From assembly GCA_965221605.1 (NCBI GenBank), contig CBDCSK010000015.1, positions 595,211-659,210 of the forward strand: 64,000 bases of DNA. Direction: 5' to 3'. A program made the translations under genes and the position numbers. The stretch is from Candidatus Aldehydirespirator sp. Lineage in GTDB: Bacteria; Actinomycetota; Acidimicrobiia; Acidimicrobiales; Aldehydirespiratoraceae. Shown here piece by piece: positions 27,550 to 36,564 of this stretch (position 1 is the stretch's first letter; every line of letters begins with the position of its first letter). The notes under the pieces were generated by a model that searched no databases, was not told where the DNA came from, and saw nothing but the letters and a program-made list of their open reading frames with translations.

Positions 27550-28506
27550 TCAGGCGCGGTACTGGACGCCGGGGAGCACGCAGAGCATCTCGTAGACGAG
27601 GTCGGCGGCGATGTGAGCGGTCATCCCCGAGGTGTCGTAGATCGGCGCCACCTCGACGAGGTCGCAGCCGACCAGGTCGAGCCCCCGGCAGCCTCGGACG
27701 ATCTCCAACGCCTGCGGCGTGGTGAGGCCGCCGATCTCGGGGGTGCCGGTGCCCGGGGCGAAGGACGGGTCGAGGCCGTCGATGTCGAAGCTCAGGTACA
27801 CGGGTCCGGCGCCGACCTGGTCGCGCACCTCGTTCATGAGCGGCTCCAGCGACCGGTGCCAGCACTCCTCGATCTGGACCACCCGGAAGCCCTGCTGGCG
27901 GGACCAGTCGAAGTCGTCGGCGGCGTAGCCGGTGGCCCGCATCCCGATCTGGACCACCCGGTCGCAGTCGAGCAGGCCCTCCTCGACCGCCCGGCGGAAC
28001 GGGGTGCCGTGGGCGATGCGCTCGCCGAACATCTCGTCGTTGATGTCGGTGTGGGCGTCCACATGGACCAGCCCGACGGGGCCGTGGCGGGCCCGCATGG
28101 CCCGCAGGATGGGCAGCACGATGGTGTGGTCGCCGCCCAGGGCCACGGTGATGACATCGTGCGACAGCAGCCCGGCGAAGTGGGCCCCTATGCGGTCCAC
28201 CGAGTCGAGCAGGTTGTACGGGTTGGTGGCCACGTCGCCGGTGTCGTCGATCCGCAGGCTGTCGAACGGGGCGGCCCGGGTGGCCATGTTGTAGGGCCGG
28301 ATGAGGACCGACTCGTCTCGGATGCCCCGGGGTCCGAACCGGGCGCCGGGGCGGTTCGAGGTGCCGATGTCGAAGGGAACGCCCACGATGGCCACGTCGA
28401 GGTCGGAGGGCTGCGACCGTCCCGGCAGCCGCATGAACGTGGTGATCCCCGCGAACCGCGGCATCTCGTTGCCGCCCAGTGGCTGCGGGTTGCCGGCCCC
28501 GGTCAC
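27550..28506 (-). CDS. Agmatinase/guanidino-acid ureohydrolase (arginase superfamily)
   Basis: Mn-binding motifs GGDHT, HVDAHTD and SFDIDGLDP. GTG start at 28506, with an alternative ATG at 28464. Confidence 0.9.
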   Translation of the reverse strand: MTGAGNPQPLGGNEMPRFAGITTFMRLPGRSQPSDLDVAIVGVPFDIGTSNRPGARFGPRGIRDESVLIRPYNMATRAAPFDSLRIDDTGDVATNPYNLLDSVDRIGAHFAGLLSHDVITVALGGDHTIVLPILRAMRARHGPVGLVHVDAHTDINDEMFGERIAHGTPFRRAVEEGLLDCDRVVQIGMRATGYAADDFDWSRQQGFRVVQIEECWHRSLEPLMNEVRDQVGAGPVYLSFDIDGLDPSFAPGTGTPEIGGLTTPQALEIVRGCRGLDLVGCDLVEVAPIYDTSGMTAHIAADLVYEMLCVLPGVQYRA

Positions 28507-28594
28507 AGCCCAACCCTAGGCCGTCGAGCGAACTTCAATGGGTTAGCCACCTGTGGGGTGGTTAACTGCTTGAAGTTCGTCGGGCCGGCCGCGG

Positions 28595-29791
28595 CTACGC
28601 CTGAAGATGCGGCCGAAGGCGGTCGAGGATCTCGTCGAGAACCTCGACTGGGGTCCCGAAGTTGAGCCGGATGTGGCCGCCGCCGTTCGTCCCGAACTCG
28701 GTGCCCTCGGACGCGGCCACGCCCGCGTCCGACAGCAGGCGGGCGGCCGGAGCGTCGCCCAGGCCGCAGGCCGACACGTCAAGCCACGCCAGGAACGTGG
28801 AGTCGGGCCGGTGGAAGCGCACGCCGGGGGCCTCGCTCTCGATCCGCTCTGCCAGATGGTCGCGCAGGCCGTGCAGGTGGGCCAGGAGCCCGTCGGCCCA
28901 CGATGCACCGTGGCCCCAGGCCGCGACGGTGGCGTCTATGCCGGTGCGGGCCGCGTGACCGAGCAGCAGCGGCGGGTGGGCCTCGTGCACCCTCCGGCGC
29001 AGCTTCCGGTCGCCGTAGGCCATGACGGCGCAGCGCAGTCCCGACATGGCGAACGTCTTGGCCGGCGAGGTCACGGTCACCACCCGCTCGGCCGCGCCCG
29101 GGATGGACAGCATGGGTGTGAACGGCGCCGACGAGTCGGGGTACACCAGGTCGGCGTGGATCTCGTCGGACACGACGTAGAAGTCGTATTGGTGGGCCAG
29201 CTCGACGACCCTGGTCAGGACCTCGGTGCCGGCCACCCATCCGGTGGGGTTGTGGGGGTGGCACCACAGCAGCACCCGGGCGCCGGGCTCACGGCGCACC
29301 AGATCCTCCAGGTCGTCGGGGTCGAGCGTCCAGCCCCGGCTGGGGTCGTAGCGCATCAGCCACTCGAGCTGGCGACGCCGGGCCGTGGGGCAGATCTGGA
29401 GGAAGATGTGGTAGATCGGCGGCGTCAGGATCACGCCGTCTGTGGGTTCGGCCAGCGCGGTTATCGCCGCGGTGACGCCCTGGAGAACGTCCACGCAGGT
29501 GTGAACGAACCCGGGGTCGGGGCTCCAGCCGTAGCGCTCGCCGGCCCAGCGGGCGAACGCCTCGCCCACATCCTCATCCAGGTCGTGGTAGCCGAAGTCT
29601 CCCCGGTCGATCGTGGCTTGCATGGCGTCGGTGACGGCCGGCGGGGGGCGGAAGTCGTGTTCGGCCACCCACGCCGGCAGAGCCTCCGCGCCGTATTTGG
29701 ACCACTTGGCGTTGCGATTGCCCCGCTTCCGCCCGATGTCCATCGCGGGATCGAAGTTGTCGACTCCGGGGGCAGCCTCGTGTCGATTCAC
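28595..29791 (-). CDS. PatB/MalY-type PLP-dependent C-S lyase (aminotransferase class I/II)
   Basis: GTG start chosen at 29791 (VNRHEAAPGVDNFDPAMDIGRKRGNRNAKW). SPAKTFAMSGLR is the PLP-Lys motif. Confidence 0.85.
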   Translation of the reverse strand: MNRHEAAPGVDNFDPAMDIGRKRGNRNAKWSKYGAEALPAWVAEHDFRPPPAVTDAMQATIDRGDFGYHDLDEDVGEAFARWAGERYGWSPDPGFVHTCVDVLQGVTAAITALAEPTDGVILTPPIYHIFLQICPTARRRQLEWLMRYDPSRGWTLDPDDLEDLVRREPGARVLLWCHPHNPTGWVAGTEVLTRVVELAHQYDFYVVSDEIHADLVYPDSSAPFTPMLSIPGAAERVVTVTSPAKTFAMSGLRCAVMAYGDRKLRRRVHEAHPPLLLGHAARTGIDATVAAWGHGASWADGLLAHLHGLRDHLAERIESEAPGVRFHRPDSTFLAWLDVSACGLGDAPAARLLSDAGVAASEGTEFGTNGGGHIRLNFGTPVEVLDEILDRLRPHLQA

Positions 29792-29828
29792 AGCAAGCGA
29801 CGCTAGCGGCGGCCTGCCGCCCGGCCGC

Positions 29829-30758
29829 TCAGGGAAGCGAGCCGGTGTTGACGATGGGAGTGGTCTGCTGCTCGCTGGTGAGCACCACCAGTAGGTTGGC
29901 CACCATCGACGCCTTGGCGTCCTCGTCGAGGTCCACCACCGACCGTTCGGCCAGCAGCTCGAGCGCCTCCTCGACCATGCCGACCGCACCCTCCACGATG
30001 GTGCGCCTGGCCGCCACCACCGCGGCGGCCTGCTGGCGGCGCAGCATGGCCTCAGCGATCTCGGTGGCGTAGGCCAGATGGTTGAGCCGGGTCTCGATCA
30101 CCTCCACGCCGGCCCGGTCGAGGCGGTCCTGCACCTCGGCGTGAAGGGTGGCCGCCACCGTGTCGGGGTCCGAGCGCAGCGACACCCGGTCGCCCTCGAA
30201 GTCGTCGTAGGGGTACTGGGTGCCCAGATGCCGGATGGCGGTCTCGCTCTGGACGTGCACGAAATCCTCGAAGTCGTCCACCTCGAACACCGCTGCCGCG
30301 GTGTCCACCACCCGCCACACCACCACCGCCGATATCTCGATGGGGTTGCCCTCGGCGTCGTTGACCTTCGACACGCTGGTGGTGAAGTTGTGGACCCGCA
30401 TGGAGATCTTGCGCGACTCCATGCGGGTGAACGGGTTGGCCAGATGCCAGCCGGGCCTGTCGACCGTGCCCTTGTAGCGACCGAACAGGATCAGCACCAG
30501 GGCCTCGTTCGGCTGAACCAGGTACTGGCCGGGCCAGGAGAACACGAAGGCGATGAAGCCGGCCGGGATCAGGAAGACCAGCGGCCAGGCCACCACGGTC
30601 ACGCCGACGATCCCGGCCGCGATCACGATCAAGCCCACTGCGGCGATCAGCACGCCGAGTATTCCGGGACTCGTCCTGGCGGGCCGCGCCGCTATAGCAG
30701 CGGCGAAGGCGCCCGCGGTCGCGTCTTGGGCTTCGGGAACGGCGGTGGAGTCGGTCAT
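29829..30758 (-). CDS. SPFH/Band-7 (stomatin/prohibitin-like) membrane protein
   Basis: Starts at MTDSTAVPE. N-terminal TM helices, then an SPFH core (VQPNEALVLILFGRY...ISAVVVWRV...). Confidence 0.85.
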   Translation of the reverse strand: MTDSTAVPEAQDATAGAFAAAIAARPARTSPGILGVLIAAVGLIVIAAGIVGVTVVAWPLVFLIPAGFIAFVFSWPGQYLVQPNEALVLILFGRYKGTVDRPGWHLANPFTRMESRKISMRVHNFTTSVSKVNDAEGNPIEISAVVVWRVVDTAAAVFEVDDFEDFVHVQSETAIRHLGTQYPYDDFEGDRVSLRSDPDTVAATLHAEVQDRLDRAGVEVIETRLNHLAYATEIAEAMLRRQQAAAVVAARRTIVEGAVGMVEEALELLAERSVVDLDEDAKASMVANLLVVLTSEQQTTPIVNTGSLP

Positions 30759-30831
30759 GCACGCCATCCTGTCACGGAAGCTGCGCCAGTAGCTACCGTG
30801 ACCGCCGGCCCCAGCAAATCGAGGAGCACAG

Positions 30832-31695
30832 ATGAAGTTCGGCATCTCGTTCGCCAACGTGGGAACCTTCACAAAGGGCAAGGGCGCGGCCCTGCTGGCC
30901 CGGTCCGCTGAGGCGGCCGGGTTCGACTCGCTGTGGACGGTGGAGCACATCCTGTACCCGGAGGGCTACGAGTCCGTCTACCCCTACGCGCCCGACGGCA
31001 AGATGCCCGGCTCGGGCCAGAACCCCATACCGGATCCGCTGGTTTGGCTGGGTTACGCGGCCGCGGTCACCTCCACCATCAGGCTGGCCACCGGCATATC
31101 GCTGTTGCCCGAGCGGCACCCGCTGACCTTCGCCAAGGAGGTCGCCACCCTCGACGTCCTCTCGGGTGGCCGGGTGACGCTTGGGGTGGGCATCGGCTGG
31201 CTGCGCGAGGAGTTCGAGGCGCTAGGAGTGCCCTGGGAGCGCCGCGGCCCCCGCACCGAGGAGTACATGGAGGTCATGCGCCGGGTCTGGGCCGAAGACG
31301 ACGTGACCTTCGACGGCGAGTTCGTGTCGTTCAGCCGGGCCAGCTCCAACCCCAAGCCTCGGGCCGGACGGATCCCGATCCACATCGGCGGCCACAGCGA
31401 GGCCGCGGCCCGGCGGGCCGGCCGTGTCGGCGACGGCCTGTTCCTGGCCGGCGGCGACATGGCGCAGCTGCTCGACATCGCCCGCAACACCGCAGCCGAC
31501 TGCGGGCGCGACCCGGAGTCGCTGGAGATGTCGGCCGTCCATCTGGGGCTGTTCGGCGACGATCCGGCGGCCGCGGTGCAGGAAGCCGGGTCGTGGGGAG
31601 TTGAGCGCCTGATGGTTCCGTCGGTGTTCTACTTCCGCAACACCGCCGAGGGCCTGGCCGCCTTCGGTGAGTCGGTGATCGCGGCCCACACCTGA
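30832..31695 (+). CDS. LLM-class (luciferase-like) F420-dependent oxidoreductase
   Basis: 287 aa, MKFGISF... with DSLWTVEH and GRVTLGVGIGW motifs. Confidence 0.85.
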   Translation: MKFGISFANVGTFTKGKGAALLARSAEAAGFDSLWTVEHILYPEGYESVYPYAPDGKMPGSGQNPIPDPLVWLGYAAAVTSTIRLATGISLLPERHPLTFAKEVATLDVLSGGRVTLGVGIGWLREEFEALGVPWERRGPRTEEYMEVMRRVWAEDDVTFDGEFVSFSRASSNPKPRAGRIPIHIGGHSEAAARRAGRVGDGLFLAGGDMAQLLDIARNTAADCGRDPESLEMSAVHLGLFGDDPAAAVQEAGSWGVERLMVPSVFYFRNTAEGLAAFGESVIAAHT

Positions 31696-31756
31696 CCGCT
31701 ACAAGGGCGCTGCTCGCCGCGGGTGCCCCGGCCTCAGGCCGGCACCGGATCGGGGA

Positions 31757-33364
31757 CTAATCTCCCGATCCGAGCGAGGGGTGGTTCCGGCGCTGGTTCT
31801 CCGAGTTGGTCGCCACGACCCGGAAGTCGACGGTGCGGCCTAGGGCTTCGGCCAGCAGATCGGCGCTTCGCCGGGCGGTGAACAGCTCGATGTCCACATC
31901 GTTGCCCTCGGCGACCTCCACATCCACCCGCAGCGTGCGGTCGTCGACGGAGGCATGGACACGATCCACCGACCGCCGGTAGGTGCGGTCCAGGGCGATC
32001 CCGATCCGGAGCAGTCCGGCCAGCACCCGCACCCGGTAGCGGTCCTGTTCGGAGAGGGCCATGTACTCGCGGTGCGAGGACACCGGCTCGCGCTTGCGGT
32101 GGTAGCGGGCCACCAGCGCGATGAGTTCGAGCTCGCCCTCGGTGAAGCCGGCGAGGCGCTCGCTGTGGCGGATCAGGTAGTAGGAGTGCTTGTGGTGCGA
32201 TGAGTGGGCCACGAAGCGCCCGATGTTGTGGAGCAGCCCGGCCGCCTCCAGCACCTCGCTGTCGGCGATGCCGAGGCCGTGCGCGGATGCGGTCTCGTCG
32301 AACAGCTCGAGCGCGAGGTCGGTGGCGTGCTCGGCATGGATCAGATCCTCGTGGTAGCTGCGGGCCAGGGCCAGCACGCTGGACCTTCTCAGGTCGCTGA
32401 GATGGTGGAGTCCGTCGTCGCGGGAGCGGTCCCGGCGGTTGAACCGGTCCAGCAGCAGGCCTTCGCGCAGGGCTCCCGTCGAAACGACCATCGACTCGAT
32501 CTCCAGCGCCTTGAACAGCTGCCTGAGCAGCACGGCGCCCGCGACGATCACGTCGCTGCGGGCCGGATCCAGGCCGCGCACCGTCAGGCGGTCGGCTGGG
32601 CGGGGTCGAGAGATCAGCTGCTTCACAACGCCGGTCAGGTCGGATCGCTCGATGACGGCGTTGGCCGCGGTGCGGAGGGTCTCGCCCCGTCTGGCCGCGC
32701 ACAGATACGCCAGAGAGGCGATGGTGCCCGAGCAGCCCACCGCCACGTCGAATCCCATGCCCTTGGCCTCCCGGGCCACCGGCGCGATGAAGGATCGGAT
32801 GTGGCGGCGGCAGGCCTTCACCGCGCCGTCGCCTATCGCGCCCGACGGGAAGAACCGGTCGGTGAGGCGGATGTGGCCCAGCTTGACGCTGCGGGCCAGC
32901 GCCGCGGCGGTGCCGTTGCCCACGATGACTTCCGTGGAGCCGCCGCCGATGTCGATCACCAGGTGGGACCGGCCCGCGATGGGCACCGCGCTCATCGCCC
33001 CCAGGTGGATCAGCCGGGCCTCCTCCATGCCGGAGATCACCTGCACGGTGACACGGGCCTCGTTACGGGCCCGGCGCAGGAGGTCGCGCTGGTTGTCGGC
33101 CTCACGCACCGCGCTGGTCGCTACTGCCACGACCTCGGCGTCGTGGGCGTCGGCGATGTGGCGGCACTCGACGAGCGCGGCGATGGCCCGGTCGATGGCG
33201 TCGGGCAGCAAGCGCCTCATGTCTGCGCCGCCGCTGCCCAGCCGGACCGGCATCCGCTCGCGGACCACCACTTCGGGCGAACCGCCCGGAACCGGCCGGG
33301 CGATCACCATGTGAACCGAGTTGGTGCCCACATCTATGGCGGCCAACGCCCGCGAGCCCGTCAT
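31757..33364 (-). CDS. Ppx/GppA-family phosphatase with C-terminal HD domain
   Basis: Starts MTGSRALAAIDVGTNSVHMVIA (ASKHA phosphate-1 motif), DIGGGSTE, and C-terminal HNIGRFV..HHKHSYYLI (HD). Confidence 0.9.
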   Translation of the reverse strand: MTGSRALAAIDVGTNSVHMVIARPVPGGSPEVVVRERMPVRLGSGGADMRRLLPDAIDRAIAALVECRHIADAHDAEVVAVATSAVREADNQRDLLRRARNEARVTVQVISGMEEARLIHLGAMSAVPIAGRSHLVIDIGGGSTEVIVGNGTAAALARSVKLGHIRLTDRFFPSGAIGDGAVKACRRHIRSFIAPVAREAKGMGFDVAVGCSGTIASLAYLCAARRGETLRTAANAVIERSDLTGVVKQLISRPRPADRLTVRGLDPARSDVIVAGAVLLRQLFKALEIESMVVSTGALREGLLLDRFNRRDRSRDDGLHHLSDLRRSSVLALARSYHEDLIHAEHATDLALELFDETASAHGLGIADSEVLEAAGLLHNIGRFVAHSSHHKHSYYLIRHSERLAGFTEGELELIALVARYHRKREPVSSHREYMALSEQDRYRVRVLAGLLRIGIALDRTYRRSVDRVHASVDDRTLRVDVEVAEGNDVDIELFTARRSADLLAEALGRTVDFRVVATNSENQRRNHPSLGSGD

Positions 33365-33502
33365 CGGCGGGGAATCCTCACGGCAATCTCGACCGCTTGC
33401 AACCTCGGGCCGTGGTTCCCTCGGCCGCCGGGCCTCTGGGGTACGGTTCGACACCCGCAATGCCTGAGCGGTGCCCAGCGGGCCGGCGCGGGCGGATCGG
33501 TG

Positions 33503-34324
33503 TCAGGCGGTGGCCAGCGGACGGTCGGGGTCCGACCCCCAGGCCGACCACGACCCCACGAACAGCCGCCCGTCGTCGAGCCCGGCGTGGCGGATGGCGA
33601 GCAGGTCGTGGCAGGCCGACACGCCGCTGCCGCAGTAGGCGACCACCTGCCGGTCGGCGGCGCCGGCCCGCTCGTAGCGTTCGCGCATCTCGGCCGCGGG
33701 CAGCAGCCGCCCGCCGCTCAGGTTGTCGCCGACCTGCATGCTCACCGCTCCGGGGATGTGCCCGAATCGGGGATCGATCTGGTTGGGTTCGCCCCGGTAC
33801 CTCTCCACCGAGCGGGCATCGATCACCAGCGACTCCGGATCGACCCTGGCCTCATCCACCTCGTCGATGGTGGCGAACCGCTCGGCGGGCCAAGGGCGGG
33901 CGGTGAAGGTGGCCGCACGCCACGAGGGTGCCTCGGTCTCGAGGTCGCCCTCCCACGCCCCCAGACCACCGTCGAGCACGGCGGCGGGAGCGTCCAGGCA
34001 GTCGAGCATCCACCACAGCCGCGAGGCGATGACCCCGCCCACATCGTCATAGGCGACCACCGCGGTGCCGTCACCGATGCCCAGGCGGCCCATGGCCGCG
34101 GCGAAGTCATCGGGGGACGGCAGCGGATGGCGTCCCCCGGCGCGGGTGGGCGGGCCCGAGAGGTCGCTGTCCAGATCGACGAAACGGGCCGCCGGTATGT
34201 GTCCCCGGTCGTAGGCCTCGCGGCCGGAGCGGCCGTCGAGGTACCACCGCACATCGGCGACCACGACCTCATGTGAGTGGCCGGCCAGCCACACCGCGTC
34301 GACCAGAGGTCCGAGTCCGTCCAT
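33503..34324 (-). CDS. Thiosulfate/3-mercaptopyruvate sulfurtransferase (tandem rhodanese)
   Basis: Two rhodanese domains. Active-site loop YCGSGVSA. The ATG overlaps the upstream stop by 1 nt. Confidence 0.9.
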   Translation of the reverse strand: MDGLGPLVDAVWLAGHSHEVVVADVRWYLDGRSGREAYDRGHIPAARFVDLDSDLSGPPTRAGGRHPLPSPDDFAAAMGRLGIGDGTAVVAYDDVGGVIASRLWWMLDCLDAPAAVLDGGLGAWEGDLETEAPSWRAATFTARPWPAERFATIDEVDEARVDPESLVIDARSVERYRGEPNQIDPRFGHIPGAVSMQVGDNLSGGRLLPAAEMRERYERAGAADRQVVAYCGSGVSACHDLLAIRHAGLDDGRLFVGSWSAWGSDPDRPLATA

Positions 34325-35019
34325 CAACTGCTCTCCCGACTGCTGCCCGGCGCCAGGTCCGCCGCCGACAGTACCTCGCGCACCATGTCGGCGATCTCGG
34401 CCGGGTGGGTCCTCATCAGCCGGTGGCGGCCGTCGGTGACGGTGCGGCGCCGCACGTCGGCCAGCTTCCGCTCCATGTAGTCGTTGGCGCCGACGAAGGC
34501 CTTGTCGCGGCTGCCCACGATCAGCCCGACGGGGATGGTCACCTCGGACAGCCGGTCGATCACCATCGAGTCGGTGTGGAGGCTGGCGGCGGCGGCCACC
34601 CGGGGGAGGTCGAAGCGGGGCATGGCCAGGTGGACCTGGTCGTTCCAGTCCTGCATCGAGGCCGCGTCGCGGAACCCGGGGCCGGTGGCCACCAGCACCA
34701 GCCCCCGGAGCACCCCGGGCCGGGTGATGCAGTGGGCCAGGCCCAGGTAGCCGCCCAGTGAGTGCCCGACGTACACCGCCGGACCGGTCCCGGCCAGCAC
34801 GGCGTCGATGGATGCGAGCAGCGCCTCGCGCTCGTAGGCGGGCTTCTCGCTCGGGGCGGGTGAGCGGCCGTGGGCCGGAAGGTCCACCGCGGTGCAGGTG
34901 CCGTCGGCCCGCAGGTTCTCCACCGTGGTGTCCCAGACGGTCGAGTCGTTGGCGAATCCGTGCACCAGCACCACCGCGGGCCCGGTGCCGCTCGTGGTGG
35001 TGTGCAGCTGGGTGGTCAC
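34324..35019 (-). CDS. Alpha/beta-fold hydrolase
   Basis: GTG start (VTTQLHTTTSGTGPAVVLVHGF). Nucleophile elbow GHSLGG. GTGA overlap with the upstream CDF gene. Confidence 0.8.
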   Translation of the reverse strand: MTTQLHTTTSGTGPAVVLVHGFANDSTVWDTTVENLRADGTCTAVDLPAHGRSPAPSEKPAYEREALLASIDAVLAGTGPAVYVGHSLGGYLGLAHCITRPGVLRGLVLVATGPGFRDAASMQDWNDQVHLAMPRFDLPRVAAAASLHTDSMVIDRLSEVTIPVGLIVGSRDKAFVGANDYMERKLADVRRRTVTDGRHRLMRTHPAEIADMVREVLSAADLAPGSSRESS

Positions 35020-35930
35020 GAGCCGGTGGGGATGTCGGGCTCGACGTACATGGGGCGGGCGATGGGCACCGCGGCCCGGGTGTTTTCCTCGACGCGGTTG
35101 ATGGCGGAGACGAGGTCGGCGGCGGTGTAGGCGGGGTCGAACGAGACCTTGGCTGCCACCAGCAGCTCCTCGGGGCCGATGTGCTGGGTCCGCAGGTGGA
35201 TCAGGCCGGTGACTCCCTCGGTCGACTCGATGGCCCGGCGGATCCGGTCGGTGTCGGCCCGGGTGGCGCCCTCGCCCAGCAGCAGGCTGCGCATCTCCAG
35301 CGCCAGCACCACCGCGATCAGCCCGAGCAGCACGCCGATGGACAGCGTGCCGATGCCGTCCCACACCGGCGCGTCGAAGACCTCTGCGATCACCAGCGCC
35401 CCCAGGGCCAGCACCAGGCCCAGCAGCGCGCCGAGGTCCTCAAGCAGCACCACCGGCAGCTCCGGCGTGCGCGAGCGGCGCACGAAGCTCACCCAGGAGG
35501 CGCTGCCGCGCACCCGGTTGGATTCGATCACCGCGGTCCGCATGGACAGGCTCTCGAGCACGATGCCCACGCTGAGCACCGCGAAGGCCCACGCCGGCGA
35601 GTTGATCTCGTGGGGGTGGCGGATCTTCTCGATCCCCTCGTACAGGGCGTAGAGGGACCCGATGGCGAACAGCACCAGCGCCACCACGAAGGACCAGAAG
35701 TAGCGCTCGCGCCCGTAGCCGAAGGGGTGCTGCTCGGTGGCGTCGCGGCGGGCCAGCCTTCCCCCCAGCAGCAGCAGGGCCTGGTTGCTGGTGTCGGCGA
35801 CGCTGTGGATGGCCTCGGCCAGCATCGACGACGCCCCGGTGAACACGAAGGCCACGAACTTGGCGATGGCGAGGCCGAGGTTGGCGAAGAAGGCGGCCAG
35901 TATCGCCTTGGTCCCTCCGCCGGCAGCCAT
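35016..35930 (-). CDS. Cation diffusion facilitator (CDF) family transporter
   Basis: 304 aa from MAAGGGTKAILAAFFANL. Motifs SSMLAEAIHSVADT and HPFGYGRERY; six TM helices plus a cytoplasmic domain. Confidence 0.9.
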   Translation of the reverse strand: MAAGGGTKAILAAFFANLGLAIAKFVAFVFTGASSMLAEAIHSVADTSNQALLLLGGRLARRDATEQHPFGYGRERYFWSFVVALVLFAIGSLYALYEGIEKIRHPHEINSPAWAFAVLSVGIVLESLSMRTAVIESNRVRGSASWVSFVRRSRTPELPVVLLEDLGALLGLVLALGALVIAEVFDAPVWDGIGTLSIGVLLGLIAVVLALEMRSLLLGEGATRADTDRIRRAIESTEGVTGLIHLRTQHIGPEELLVAAKVSFDPAYTAADLVSAINRVEENTRAAVPIARPMYVEPDIPTGS

Positions 35931-36047
35931 GGGGCCGAAGGCTAATGGCGCGTCGGGCGACCTCCCGCGCACCGGGCGGGTCCTGACCTCGGCGGGCGGC
36001 ATGATCGTGCGGGGAATCAGGGGCGGGGCCGATAGTGTCTCGGCCGC

Positions 36048-36509
36048 ATGGCCACCGTCTTCGCATCCCCCGACGACCTGCTGGGCGCGGTGGGGGAACA
36101 TCTCGGTCACAGCGACTGGGTGACCGTCGACCAGCCCCGGATCGACGTGTTCGCCGAGGCCACCGGCGACCATCAGTGGATCCATGTCGACCCGGAAGCG
36201 GCCGCGGCCGGACCTTTCGGGGCCACCATCGCGCACGGCTACCTCACCCTGGCGCTCACCAACCAGATGCTGCCGGAGATCGTGCGGGTGGAGAACATCT
36301 CGATGGGAATCAACTACGGCGTCAACCGGGTGCGCTTCCCGCAGCCGGTAGTGGTGGGATCGAGGCTGCGGGCCTCCGCGACCCTGACAGCCGCGGACGA
36401 GCTGCCCGGCGGGGCCGGCGTGCAGACCGTGATCACGATCACGGTGGAGATCGAAGGCCAGGCCAAGCCCGCTTGCGTAGTTGAGTCGGTCAGCCGGTTC
36501 CTGCGCTGA
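36048..36509 (+). CDS. MaoC-like (R)-specific enoyl-CoA hydratase/dehydratase (hot-dog fold)
   Basis: 153 aa. FAEATGDHQWIHVDPE...ATIAHGYL motif. Confidence 0.85.
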   Translation: MATVFASPDDLLGAVGEHLGHSDWVTVDQPRIDVFAEATGDHQWIHVDPEAAAAGPFGATIAHGYLTLALTNQMLPEIVRVENISMGINYGVNRVRFPQPVVVGSRLRASATLTAADELPGGAGVQTVITITVEIEGQAKPACVVESVSRFLR

Positions 36510-36564
36510 GGATTGCGGCGGAGTCGTGTCGGCATCTCCCGCTGCACAATGCCGTGGTGTGGGG